Assembly: GCA_040954595.2 (NCBI GenBank) | Contig: CM082576.2 | Coordinates: 9,737,129 to 9,801,128, forward strand | Length of the DNA: 64,000 nucleotides | Direction of reading: 5' to 3' | DNA from: Balanoglossus misakiensis | Lineage: Eukaryota; Animalia; Hemichordata | Shown: positions 53,366-64,000 of the stretch, in pieces | Position numbering within the stretch: the first letter of the stretch is position 1 | How the letters are laid out: every line of letters begins with the position of its first letter | The notes under the pieces: model-generated | Databases searched by the model: none | Told to the model about the DNA's origin: nothing | Seen by the model: only the letters and a program-made list of their open reading frames with translations | Made by a program: the position numbers and the translations under genes

Positions 53366-55525
53366 TTAGATATTTTTCTCTTCCTTTTCTTTCTTTTCTT
53401 TTTCTAGCCTGAGTTCTCGTTCTCTTTCTTGGTTCTTCTTCAGGATCTGATTGATGCAGTATTCGCTTTCCTGTCCTGCCTCAGTCAGTCTGAGATCCAT
53501 CTCGATGACCGTGTTGTTTTCCTCCATGCCTTCTTGTAACTGCTTGCCGCCATCCTGCAATTCGAGGGGGGAGTGGGGAATGAGGACATGCAAGACAAAA
53601 GAATACACGCACACTATGTTTGGGGGCGCTATGGTCAACGGCATGGCCACAACAGGGGGATGCTAACAGGTGTCACTCAGTATGAATGTATTCACATCCA
53701 TAGTTCATCCTTTTTTGCTGATTTCAAAATCAAGTTCACACTATGTTAGAAACCAGAAATCAAGATAAAATGATTTGTGAAGATGTGGAAGTAAACCACA
53801 CACGGAATAGTAAAAATCTTGAAATTCAACTGCACTATTTATGTCCATAAATTTCAATCTAGTTTTTAGGAACTACCCCTAAGATACTTACTGGTCCAAG
53901 TCTGTTACATGCTAAGTTTATCCTCTTCAGTGTAGTGTTCTGGACAACAACTTGTGAGAGAAGAGCAGCCGTCGGTTCAGTCATGTCATTGCTTGCCATG
54001 TCAATTTCCTCCAGAGTGGAGTTTTTGAGCAGAGCCCTAGCGACGGCCTGGCCACCTAATGATGATGTAAGTGTGCATAAAACCAGAATGAGATGACATG
54101 AAATTAACACAGAAGCTACATGCATTTAAAATTCAAGTATTTTTTTCTCGGTCACATACCTTCATCTCCTAGTCTATTGAGTCGTAGATTAAGATACTGC
54201 AGCGTAGTGTTTTTAGTCAGCGCATATCCTATGGCTCCGGCTCCATTGGGCCTGAGCTTGTTGTTGGACAGGTTCAGTTTTTTCAGTTTGCTGTGGTTGT
54301 TGAGTAGTTTTCCGATGGCCCTGGCTCCCTGGTCGCCGATCATGTTGTGCTCCAGGTCGAGCTCCTCCAGCGTGGGGTGGTCCAGGATGTGGCTGATCAG
54401 CACCCGCACCTTGTCGTCGTCCACTTTGCTGCGGTGCAGCTTGAAGACCTTGAGCGTGGCGCACTTCTTGACGCACTTGGACAGCAGGAGGCAGTCGCGA
54501 TTCGTGAACTGGAAGAGGTTCCACTCGAAGTTCATGCCGCAGTCCCGCACGCCGTACGTCACGTGGAACTCCTCGATGTGTGGCAGTTTCTCGAGGATCT
54601 GACTGAACTCGAAATGGTCAATGCTGGGGAGGTTGTCGCCCGACTCGCTGCCCGCGTCCGACATGTCGTCCAGGGGCCTCATCTGTTCCTCCTTCACCGG
54701 CGGCAACAGCTGCCTGATGTTGAGTTTCTTAATGTACGGCGCGGCCAGCGGCAGAACCTCCTCCACCACGGCTATGTCCGTCGACTCGGGGACAAAATGT
54801 TCGACGATATTCTCCAGGTGGCGCTCGAAGAACATGCGTTTCCAGCTGCCGCCGTATTTGGAGACGTCGCAGATTTCCCAGCGGGCTTTGCATCTCCTCT
54901 TCCAGTAGCCTTCGTCCGAGACCAGGTGGGCCACCACCTGCAGAGGGATATCCGTGGAGATCTTCTCCAATACTTTGGTTTTGTACTTTGGTAGGAGCTC
55001 ATCTAGTTTTGGATGATCTGCAAGGAAATTTCATACAGAATGTAGAGATCAGAAGTGTGCAAAGAGTGTCAATAGACGAGTCAATTTTGACAACGCAAAT
55101 TCTGCTTTGAAATTTATATGGTAAGATAAAGAATATCAAATTAGCACACTTTTGGAAACAAAACAAATATTATGACACTTTATTCAAAAGGAGAGAAGCT
55201 TTCACTTACACTCAAGATGTTAGTTAGTGATGTTAATCCTTGACTGATTTTTCTACATAGCATAGTACTCACCTTGGAATTCCTCTACAATATGTGAAAC
55301 ACACAGCTCTGTCAGCAGGGGTACAGTAGCCAGGGACCAGTCTGGATCTTCCGCGATAATCCTCCTCATATTCCTAGAGTCGGCTGCTGCATCATCCTTA
55401 GCACTGGGCACAGGAGAGGGAATCTTCTTCCCTCTTTGACTACTGTTGCTTTTAACGCTGCCTTTATCATCGTCATTCTTGGCATCTATACCATTAGTTT
55501 GCTCTGTCAGAGGCGGTTCTGCCAT
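53366..55525 (-). CDS. TCTE1: Dynein regulatory complex subunit 5 (DRC5/TCTE1), leucine-rich-repeat protein, complete CDS, 487 aa
   Basis: Minus-strand coding exons 55525-55273, 55017-54160, 54055-53892, 53554-53366 (1464 nt, phases consistent). Motifs 'MRRIIAEDPDWSLATVPLLTELC', 'YGGSWKRMFFERHLE', 'YGVRDCGMNFEWNLFQFT', RI-like LRRs 'LEELDLEHNMIGDQGARAIGKLL', 'DLRLTEAGQESEYCINQIL'. Confidence 0.93.
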
Positions 55526-55909
55526 CGTTACCTAATTCTGGTGGGGAGACAACCAGGAAAACATGTGAACCTTACTAGATTTTACACACCCACCCTTGTC
55601 AGCAAGTTGCCAAGCTTAGTTACATGATAATACGAACTTTATTTCTGACGTAATTTAACAATTCATGAAAATGATGTCTTTCTCTGAAACAAAACCTTAC
55701 ATAATTGTCAACTTGTCGACCACCGTAAAAGTTTTTCTTCTCCGATCATTTCTGTGCTGCTGTCGTATGATTCTTGAATGCCCTTGAACAGACTACGGTT
55801 TGTAAGGAAAATCGGCAAGTTGTTCTCGGATAATTGACAGACCGTAGTGCGCCATACGTTGCCAAAGATCTTAAAAACAACATAAAATAGAAAGATGAGA
55901 AATGCTCAC

Positions 55910-55975
55910 CTCAAAGTTCGGTTTTTCAAATGGAAATCCAGAGCAGGTCGAACAAGCTTCCAACTTGTGTTGTTG
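55910..55975 (-). other. Putative non-coding first exon of DRC5/TCTE1
   Basis: Minus-strand donor GAG|GTGAGC at 55910/55909 and acceptor ...ccccaccag| at 55538/55537, 12 nt before the ATG; the 5' end is approximate. Confidence 0.55.
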
Positions 55976-56060
55976 TTGCTAAGCAATTTTAGACGCTGAT
56001 GCGCAGTGTTCTGCGCAGTATATAGCGCCATCAAGCAAGAAAACATACAAAATGGCGGCG
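55975..56060. promoter_or_regulatory. Bidirectional promoter shared by DRC5/TCTE1 (-) and RPAP1 (+)
   Basis: Head-to-head genes with ATGs 707 bp apart. X-box-like GTTGCTAAGCAAT 55975-55987, inverted repeat TGCGCAG-tgtt-CTGCGCA 56000-56017, TATATAG 56019-56025, YY1 consensus CAAAATGGCGGC 56048-56059. Confidence 0.65.
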
Positions 56061-56231
56061 CCCATCAGAAAAGTGTGAGCGTTGCAGAATTCGTTGTCGA
56101 TTGACATGCACGTCATTTTCACGATGATGGCGACTTTAACATCGGCGTAAAAGCTTTGAAGTAAAGTCAAACTGAAACAGCAAAACGCAACGTTTTAAAA
56201 ATTAATAGTAGTACCGTTTTCTTTGCTTATC

Positions 56232-59200
56232 ATGTTGCCAAGGCGTCCTAAACCGGGAGAGACTGAAGAGGACCTTCTTCGCTATCAGGAAGAATTTCTC
56301 GCTAAACAGGAAGAAACGTCGACTAAACTTGTACATAGGGGCGATAGGAGAAAATCGGGTGGCAATGGAGATCCTGAAAGTGTTACCAAACCCTCTTTGA
56401 AGAGAGATGTTGTCACCCTTGGGGGAGGTAAAGGCAATACTCAAATAGATGACAACACATAAAAACTTTAGGCTCCGCATCATTTCATAGCAAGACATTA
56501 TGCGCAATACATACATTGCTTTGGGTAATAGATATGATAGATATATCATGGAGGTAGAAAGAGAACAATAGCCCTTGTAGCTCCTTCTCTTCCTACCTTC
56601 ATGGAGATATAGACTTGTTGATGCTAACATGTTTAATTGATTTAGGAATAAACATTTCACATGAATGTGGATATTTTTTGTGTGTAAAGTGTAACTAAGT
56701 GTAATTGGGAATGATTGCCCTAAATGTTTTTGCGTTTACAGGGTTACCAACGGCCAGGCCTGATGATGATATTCCAAAAAAGAAGTCGAAATTTAAAGGT
56801 CAAAGAAAAATGGAAAAGGTCACAAGATGAAGAACACTTTCATTTTGTTTGTTTGTTTGTCTCTCTTTGTTTTGAAATGGGGGATCTGTGAAATAATTTC
56901 ACAATTGATACAACATACTTTCCATACAACATTATTCAGGAAGATTGCATTTTTATTAAAATATTCTGTTACATCATGGTGACTCATATCCATTGTATTT
57001 GTAACATGGATCCAGAGAACTCAGATATTGGAACAACAATTGAATGTGTTGCAAAGTTTATCCGTTGATATTATCTTGCCCTCTCATTTCGTAGAGAGAT
57101 TTTATGGAGTAATAATGAAGCAATCACTTTTTTATAATCGTTATAAAATTCTGTCTATTTTTCTCATCAGACGTCTAAAGTATCAGGGTTGAGAGGAGAG
57201 AGGGTTCACATTGATTTAGGTGATGATGAAGAAGACATGCAAGGAAAGATGGATCGTAAGTAATTGTGTTCGAGTGACTTTCTAAGCAGCACTTAAATTG
57301 TTATCGAAAGGTTTTCAAAATAAGATTGGATAAGTCTTCCTCCTAAAACAAACATACACAACAACTATAAATGATACGCAGATTTTATCTTCCAGGTCAG
57401 GATACCCACATCACATCGGTCTTGTCAGACATCATGGTAAGCAATGAATAGAGTTTTAACCCTTTGCACTAGGAACCCCTGAATACGTATGATGTCACTT
57501 GGAAGTTTTCTACAGAGGGTGTCACAGTCCCAATAATTTTGACATTAATATACATATGTGTATATGTAAAGTCACTCTGATGTACAACTGATATCACAGG
57601 GCTGTGCTTTTCATCAGGTTGATGAGTAGACTTTTCTCCACTTTGTAGGAACGAGACATCAAGGATGTACCTGTGTACCTGCCTAGGTCGATGGATCAGG
57701 CATTTCCATCTGCCTTTCACAGAGGTAGCATTGGCGATGGCAAGGTAAATGGATTGAGTATACAATCATGCAAAATTATATTTAGAAGAATAATCACTAC
57801 TGTTTTAAAATATGCCACATTCTTACAAAATGTTTGGGAAGCTGAATAAAAACAGATTATTGTGACAGTTAGTTACATTGTTATGCAGATTAGCTGATAG
57901 TGATACCTTCTGAGCAATTCCTTGAAAGAACACTGTGGGTCTTTTGTTTTTTTCTTGCAGAAAGAAACAGAGAAGGGCAAAAAAGGGAAAACGAAAGGTC
58001 CCAGCCTCTTTGCTCAGCACTTTGCCAAGTCCAACGCTGCATCCTTTGGCGTCACTGGCAAGATGGAACCACTTGTTGAAATTGCTAAGGCCAGTTTACC
58101 AGAGAGTGTGGGGAAAGATGTGGTCTCCATGGATACTGTGGAAGATATGGATGTGGAGGTGACGGACTCGAGTGAACCAGCAACACTGTCAGGTCAGTTT
58201 TTGACACTTTGAAATGAACTGATCACCATTCATTTTCCTTGTCATGAGTTAGAATGTTGGCTGTGATTTTCCTTGATGAGAAGGCTCCTAAGAAGGTCAT
58301 AGTGATCAAGTCTGTTTCAAGTGATTTTTTGATGACATTATTAATATGATAATTTTGACAAAGTGCAATGTATGTTTGTATTGCAAGTGGTTGTTCATCA
58401 TGTGAGAATTTTAACAGTCTGCAGCGATGTCATATATTTTTACCAACTTCACCATTACAGTGTCAGGTCATGAGGATACTATTAAGAAACTTGTTGGAGA
58501 TGAAGAAGCCAGGAAGATACATCAAGAGAACCTAGCCAACATGGCCGCCATGTCAGAAGAGGAGATTTTGGCAGAGCAGGCGAAATTGAAGTCAATGTTA
58601 GGTAAATTCATGGTTATCTTGTTCAACACATGTCTTGTACATTTGTGAAGTTTATAATAGTCGCCAGCCAGTAATCCTGCAGGAACTCAACAACATGTGT
58701 CTTTTCTTCAGATCCTAAACTTGTGGAGTTGCTGACATCAAGAAAGAAGGAGGTCACTGCTACCCACACAGCTGTAGGGATGGATACAGCAGAACAGCAA
58801 CTCATGGGTATTGGTGATGGTTCTGGAAAACCTACAGAGTCTGAGATGGAAGGAACACAGGAAAGCCAAGAAGGTGGGAATATTCTCTATTGTATTTTCT
58901 GTCATCAATCTTTGGTTTGATTTGATTATAGTCATAATTCAAGCATACAATGTTCTAATATCCCAGAAGGCTTTGATGAATTTTAAGAGCATGAGATGCT
59001 GGAAGTAAATTTGCCCCCCAAAGCATTGAAAGCACATGTTATACATATATTTTCCAAGGCATTTTATCTAACAGTTTGATGCACCAGAGATCTACATCCA
59101 TTGTTCCATGGTTTTTGATTCCAGAAGTCAAATTACCCATAACACCCAAGGAGGAATGGGTCCACATGGACACGGTGGAAAAGGAGAAACTGGAATGGAT

Positions 59201-62200
59201 GCAGGATGTTCCCAAACCGAAGCCGGGAGAGAAGAAGATCCAAGGAATCCAGGCCAGGTTTGATCTGCAAGGTCATGTGATCGGCCGCGATGCTGATGTG
59301 CCGATGAGAGAGGGTTTGCATCACCATGGGCAAGAGCCAGAAGTGAGTTCACATGGTTTGTTGAATGAATCGGTTTTGACTATGCAAAAAAAAGATAGAG
59401 ATAGAAACAGTTGATTTTCATGTGCGATATGCTATACAGCAGTCACTGGGAAAAACAAAATTCTCGTATTGACTCAGTAACATGGGCAAACTTGGCATTA
59501 GAACTGTCCATGTAGACGATGTGTTATTAGGCACATTGTATCTTCTCTCTGTTGTGATCAGACAGAGCAATTCAAGCAAGCACTCTGGCACTCAGCAGAA
59601 GGTTGGAGGTAGTGGGATGCCCGACCACTCATCACACGACAGAATCTGTTAGCCTGTATATGATAAGACAATGACCATTTTTGTGTGAATATTGGTTAAA
59701 TTGAAGTTGCATGATTCAATCTGTATTTTTTCAGGCACCTGGGTACACCTTGGAGGAATTATTTCAATTGAGTCGAAGTGCAGCCATGAATCAGAGAGTT
59801 ATTAGTTTACAAACACTTGCCAAGGTTATTTACAACGTAAGTTTATCAAATTCAGCATAACCATAGAATATTGTTACTTTCTAGTGTTGCATGTCGAGTT
59901 AGCAGTTGACACACTACATCTCTTCCACAAATTAAAAAAAATTGAAATGATGACATGCTTCTTTTTGTCGCTTTTGGCTGCCATGGTAATGCACATACGC
60001 ATCATGTCTACCTCCCATTTGCCAAGTTGTATCAATATGACGTGAAAGTGTACTGGATAAACTTGGCATAAAAAATCTGAAATCCCAACTTCTCTTCTCA
60101 ACTTCATTCCAGTATAGGGTGGATAACCTTGGGGGCAGACTGGGCGCCCCGTTGATACCCAGACTGATAGATGCTGGTTTAGTGTTTATACTGAGGTGGT
60201 CGTTAGATGATACCAGTGAGGCTGGTATTGCCGCTGCTGTTGAAGGTTTCAAATCATTACTGGTACAACCAGCTGATGAGGTGAGAAGTTTGAAAGCAGA
60301 TGAGAAAGCAAATTTTGTTTAATCAACACTTGGCCAGTCTTGTGCCACTTAAACCAAAACATTTTTTTAGCTTGAGATGTCTTTCCTTTTTTCTCTTTCA
60401 GGAATGTCTTGATAAAGTGTTTAGTTGGTATCGAGGATATGAGATGCATTCCTTGGTTCCCATGGAGAACGATGATGATGATGAGGAGGAAGATGAAGAG
60501 AGTGACGCTAAAAACAAGCATGAAACAGAACTTCTAGAACAAGATGTCATCAAGGTATCAAAGAATATGTGACTGAATATCAAATCTGTAAGAAATGGTG
60601 ATCAAGCTGTGCATTAGATAGCATTCCATCTCTTACATGGATTTCTGGTCATATCACTTAGATCCTTTGTTTGACAGACAGAACATCATTGTATGAATTA
60701 CATTAAATACAAGATTTCAGAACACATTTTTCATGTATTTATTTTTGTCTTGCATTTTATTCTTTTGATAACAGGGTTTGTTAAAGATGAATTTCTTGGA
60801 GAGAATTCGGTACATCCTTGAAGTTTGCAGACCCGCGCCAGCTGTGGTGATCAACGTCTTGGCCATTCTGATAAGAGTTGCTCGTCACTCTCCAGAGTCT
60901 TGCCATGAAATCATGAAGTGTCCGAGATTGATGGCCACCGTCTTTTCTTCTTTTCTGCCGTCAACGTGGAGGCCAACAAGTGAGTGACATTTGATGCTTT
61001 CTTTTAATAACTGATATTGCAGGATGATTTTTGCCCTGTATGAAATCAGTGGGTGTTAATGCCACAAAAGTACACCACTCAAGAAAATCTTAAAACAATC
61101 TCTTTACATTTATGCATCCAATTCTTTTTCAACACACATTAGGGCATTTAGAATCACATATGCACGTCCTATGTGTTGTTACTTTTCGTTTTTTTTTATG
61201 AGACTTTTGACAAATAGCTGGAATTTTGACATTTGCATTTACAGGTGGCTCTGTTATGGAAAACATTTACGGCTATCCAGTGCGCTATGCTATGAAGTTA
61301 GTCAGAGTGATGTGTACAGCTGGTAGAAATATGGCTGCCATCTTGGTGAGTGGGATGTACAATTCGATTGTTCCTTTGGTGTCCTTGTAATGAAGAACTT
61401 CATGGATAAGATGTTCAGTGTACATGACAGAGTGGAATTAAATTTGAATTTTATCTTGATAAAACTGCTGGCAAATAAATTGTTATACATGCTGGAAATT
61501 CAACACTCAAACTTCACAACTGTGGATCCATTTTCTCAGTCTATGGCATTTGCTTTGTTGATTTCAGCTGTCCAAGTACAACCTGATGGCTGCCATCATC
61601 AGATACACAACACAGGAACCCATAGACATGCAGCTGCATGTTGGCGAGGCCTACATGCTGAGCATTGAGAGTTTCTACACCTGGAAGATCTGCGTCTCGT
61701 ACGGCTTAGCCAGCAACTCCATAGCTGAGCTGTACCCGGTCTTCATGCAGCACCTGCAGCTGTTCCCAAGACTGTCAGTCCTCCCCCGACCGGCCAGTGA
61801 AGAAGAGAAAACGCAGGCCCTGTACGAACTGCAGTTGGCGAGAAGTGCTGCTGTTCTGGGACTGCTCGAGATGGCCGTCCATGTCGGTGCAGCAGCTGCA
61901 GAACTGCAATCACAACACTCCATGAGGTGAAGGGTGCTATATTTAGAAGTTATCTGTGCTTTGTGGTTCTAGGTGCAAGTGTGTTCTAGTACCTGTGTTA
62001 AAGCTGCTTTTCCATCTGCAATGTCATTTTACGACAAAATTTCCTTCCTTACTCTGTATACAGTTGGCTCCCATAGGTAATTGGGAAAGCACTTCATTTT
62101 GTCTGTTCAATTTATTCAGTCTGTGATCTTATTTATTTTAGTTTAATAGTCAGTCACTCAGTCAGTTGTTTATTTGTTTGTTTTAGGATTTATTTTTATT

Positions 62201-63996
62201 TATTTGCATATATCTCATTTGCACAGGTCTCCTGAAGGCGAGAAGAAACCAGAGCTGCCACCAATCCCATCCATCGATTGGAGTCATGTGATTGGGTTGA
62301 TTTCACCAATAGAACTGTGCTGTCAGAAGTGGATGACTGAGATCACTCGTACGGATGACCCTCTTACAGATTGCGCCCTCACACTGGCAACTAGCTGTCT
62401 CAACATCATGGCATCCTTTTACATGAAAATTACACAACAGGTTCGTTTTGTTTTTTTTGAGTAATCAAGGGTTTTGATGCAAATATTCCACCTTTACTCC
62501 AAGGTTGTTGCCCTGGTGATCAGCCAGATTTACATTTTTTACATACTTAATTTTCTTATTCTCCTGAAACCAGCCGTCATACAGTGCAATAGAAGTTTTA
62601 CAACACATTGAGATGTTAGTAGATGGCATACTGGTACCATTCATGAAATCAGGGAACTTTTATTCCTATGTGATAAATCTGAGGTAGGTAAATTTCTATT
62701 TTTCTTAGTAATCATATGGCATTTGTCCCTTTAAAATTGAATAGATTCATCTGGCTTGTGTTCAAGATTTTGTGCTGTGCTTTCCCCCCTGATACACCAG
62801 GACACACTCTTCATACAAGGAAGAGGACTCTTCATTGTCAGCTCTGAAGACTGGCTGCAAGTCACTGCCAGATTTGCGAAGTCATCCCTTAGATGAGAGA
62901 CAGCATCCATGCATTCAACAGAATTCCCCCTATGGCTTCATGGGCGCGTATCTCAGGCTGATCTACACATGGGCCAAGATGCACAAAGGAGTGGCCGCAA
63001 AGGTAGCACAGATACTGATATTGTCTTCAAATGATTTGTGTGTTGTAAACTTTATTGCTCATTGCATGTCGTACAAAATACATCAGTTGTTATACCAGTA
63101 ATTTTAGAAAAGTTTGCACTCTGAGTTGGATTTGTTAAAATTATTTTTCAGTTTTCACCTCTGATTGAGAGTTCCTACGTTACATCATACCTGGAGAAGA
63201 CCTGTCAGACCAAGAGATCAGCTGGTGAAACTCTGGATAAGCACTTCTCACGTTTTGAACACATGGTCTTGTTCTACATCATCAAGATCTATCAGCTTGT
63301 GGTGAGTATGTCTTCACAACATTGGGATAACAGTTTATATTCTACGGCACATGTTAATACTTTGTGTGTTTAATTCTTCCAATCCCTCCTTAGGCCCAGC
63401 AGACAGACAGCTGTCACCAGTATTCCAAGCTCTATCACAGCGTAGCACTGTTACTGTTTACAAGTCTACACCCAGGTGATGAACACGTAGCCCACGACCT
63501 GATGTCAACTGTTTTATTTACTACAGACTACCTTGTGTGAGTGTAGCATGGACATTGTCTTTTACAATTATAACGGGATGATCAAGGGCATACATGTACT
63601 CAAACCATAGATGACATTGTTTATCAAGCACAAAAATTAAAACATCTTATTTCCACATCTGTGCCAAAAAAACTGCGTTTGTTAGGCATTGAGACACAAA
63701 AAAAGCATCTGAAGATTAAAAACACTTATGTATCCTGTGACATTAGATGCTTTTACGTGTTTCACCCCCAGGGAAGGTAGGATAGGTGACCCAGAGGCGT
63801 TCGAGTTGGCCGAACTGCTGCGAGTGTCAGACACCGGTACAGAGACGAGGGACTTGGGATCTCACCCGTCCGGACTACACAGCAAACAACCCAACCGTGG
63901 TGTGCTACTCCGGGATGCCTACAACAACCTGTCCAGCGTCAGAGCGTGTTACATGACGTACTTTGGAGGTATGGTGACGGCAGTGGCTAGGTCAAG
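56232..63996 (+). CDS. RPAP1: RNA polymerase II-associated protein 1 (RPAP1/Rba50 family), 3'-partial, ~1126 aa in the window
   Basis: Phase-consistent exons 56232-56427, 56742-56818, 57171-57255, 57396-57436, 57649-57744, 57961-58192, 58461-58601, 58712-58873, 59125-59342, 59735-59836, 60113-60280, 60402-60554, 60775-60979, 61245-61345, 61568-61926, 62227-62440, 62574-62683, 62801-63002, 63152-63301, 63394-63536, 63772-63996. Motifs 'RPKPGETEEDLL', RPAP1_N 'IHQENLANMAAMSEEEILAEQAKLKSMLDPKLVELL', RPAP1_C 'EKLEWM…ARFDLQG…GLHHHGQEPEAPGYTLEELFQLSRS…QR'. Confidence 0.93.
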
Positions 63997-64000
63997 GTGA

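Noticed and set aside
54347-54994. 215-aa plus-strand ORF, and other ORFs at 54120-55002
   Set aside because: Antisense or alternative-frame shadows of the GC3-rich DRC5 exon 54160-55017; no independent protein features.
57456-57470. piggyBac-like end TTAACCCTTT in an RPAP1 intron (and AGGGTTAA near 26991)
   Set aside because: No matching opposite terminus nearby; motif too short to support an element.
59940-60085. Possible intronic C/D snoRNA (ATGATGA ... CTGA) in RPAP1
   Set aside because: No terminal stem, no recognisable guide, and too close to the acceptor.
1-64000. CRISPR arrays, operons, defence systems, intact transposase or reverse transcriptase ORFs, U12-type introns
   Set aside because: None seen; the DNA is spliceosomal-intron-containing animal sequence and all reconstructed introns are ordinary GT-AG.

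Overview
Intron-rich animal (invertebrate-like) genomic DNA; nothing prokaryotic (no CRISPR array, operons, rRNA or tRNA seen). Manual GT-AG splice reconstruction with consistent phases gives four genes. (1) The 3' part of a TOG-array ciliary microtubule regulator, TOGARAM1/FAM179B/crescerin-like (+, <1-8364, 15 exons). (2) A TMEM151-family membrane protein (+; large terminal exon 34957-36273, probable upstream exons near 17.5 kb and 18.5 kb across a ~16.4 kb intron). (3) The complete nexin-dynein regulatory complex subunit DRC5/TCTE1 (-, 53366-55525, 487 aa). (4) RPAP1 (+, 56232->64000, 21 exons in the window), head-to-head with DRC5 on a short bidirectional promoter. The best leads are the convergent TMEM151-TCTE1 pair, which as I recall matches the human TMEM151B-TCTE1 arrangement; a YY1-embedded ATG that is either a uORF or an alternative spliced RPAP1 N-terminus; an in-frame spliced N-terminal extension plus an overlapping uORF for TMEM151; RFX X-boxes and TCACGTGA E-boxes across a ~40 kb CpG-rich domain; and MITE/HINE-like repeat remnants. 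I found no clear new multi-gene system. Gene identities come from recalled family motifs, not from database searches.
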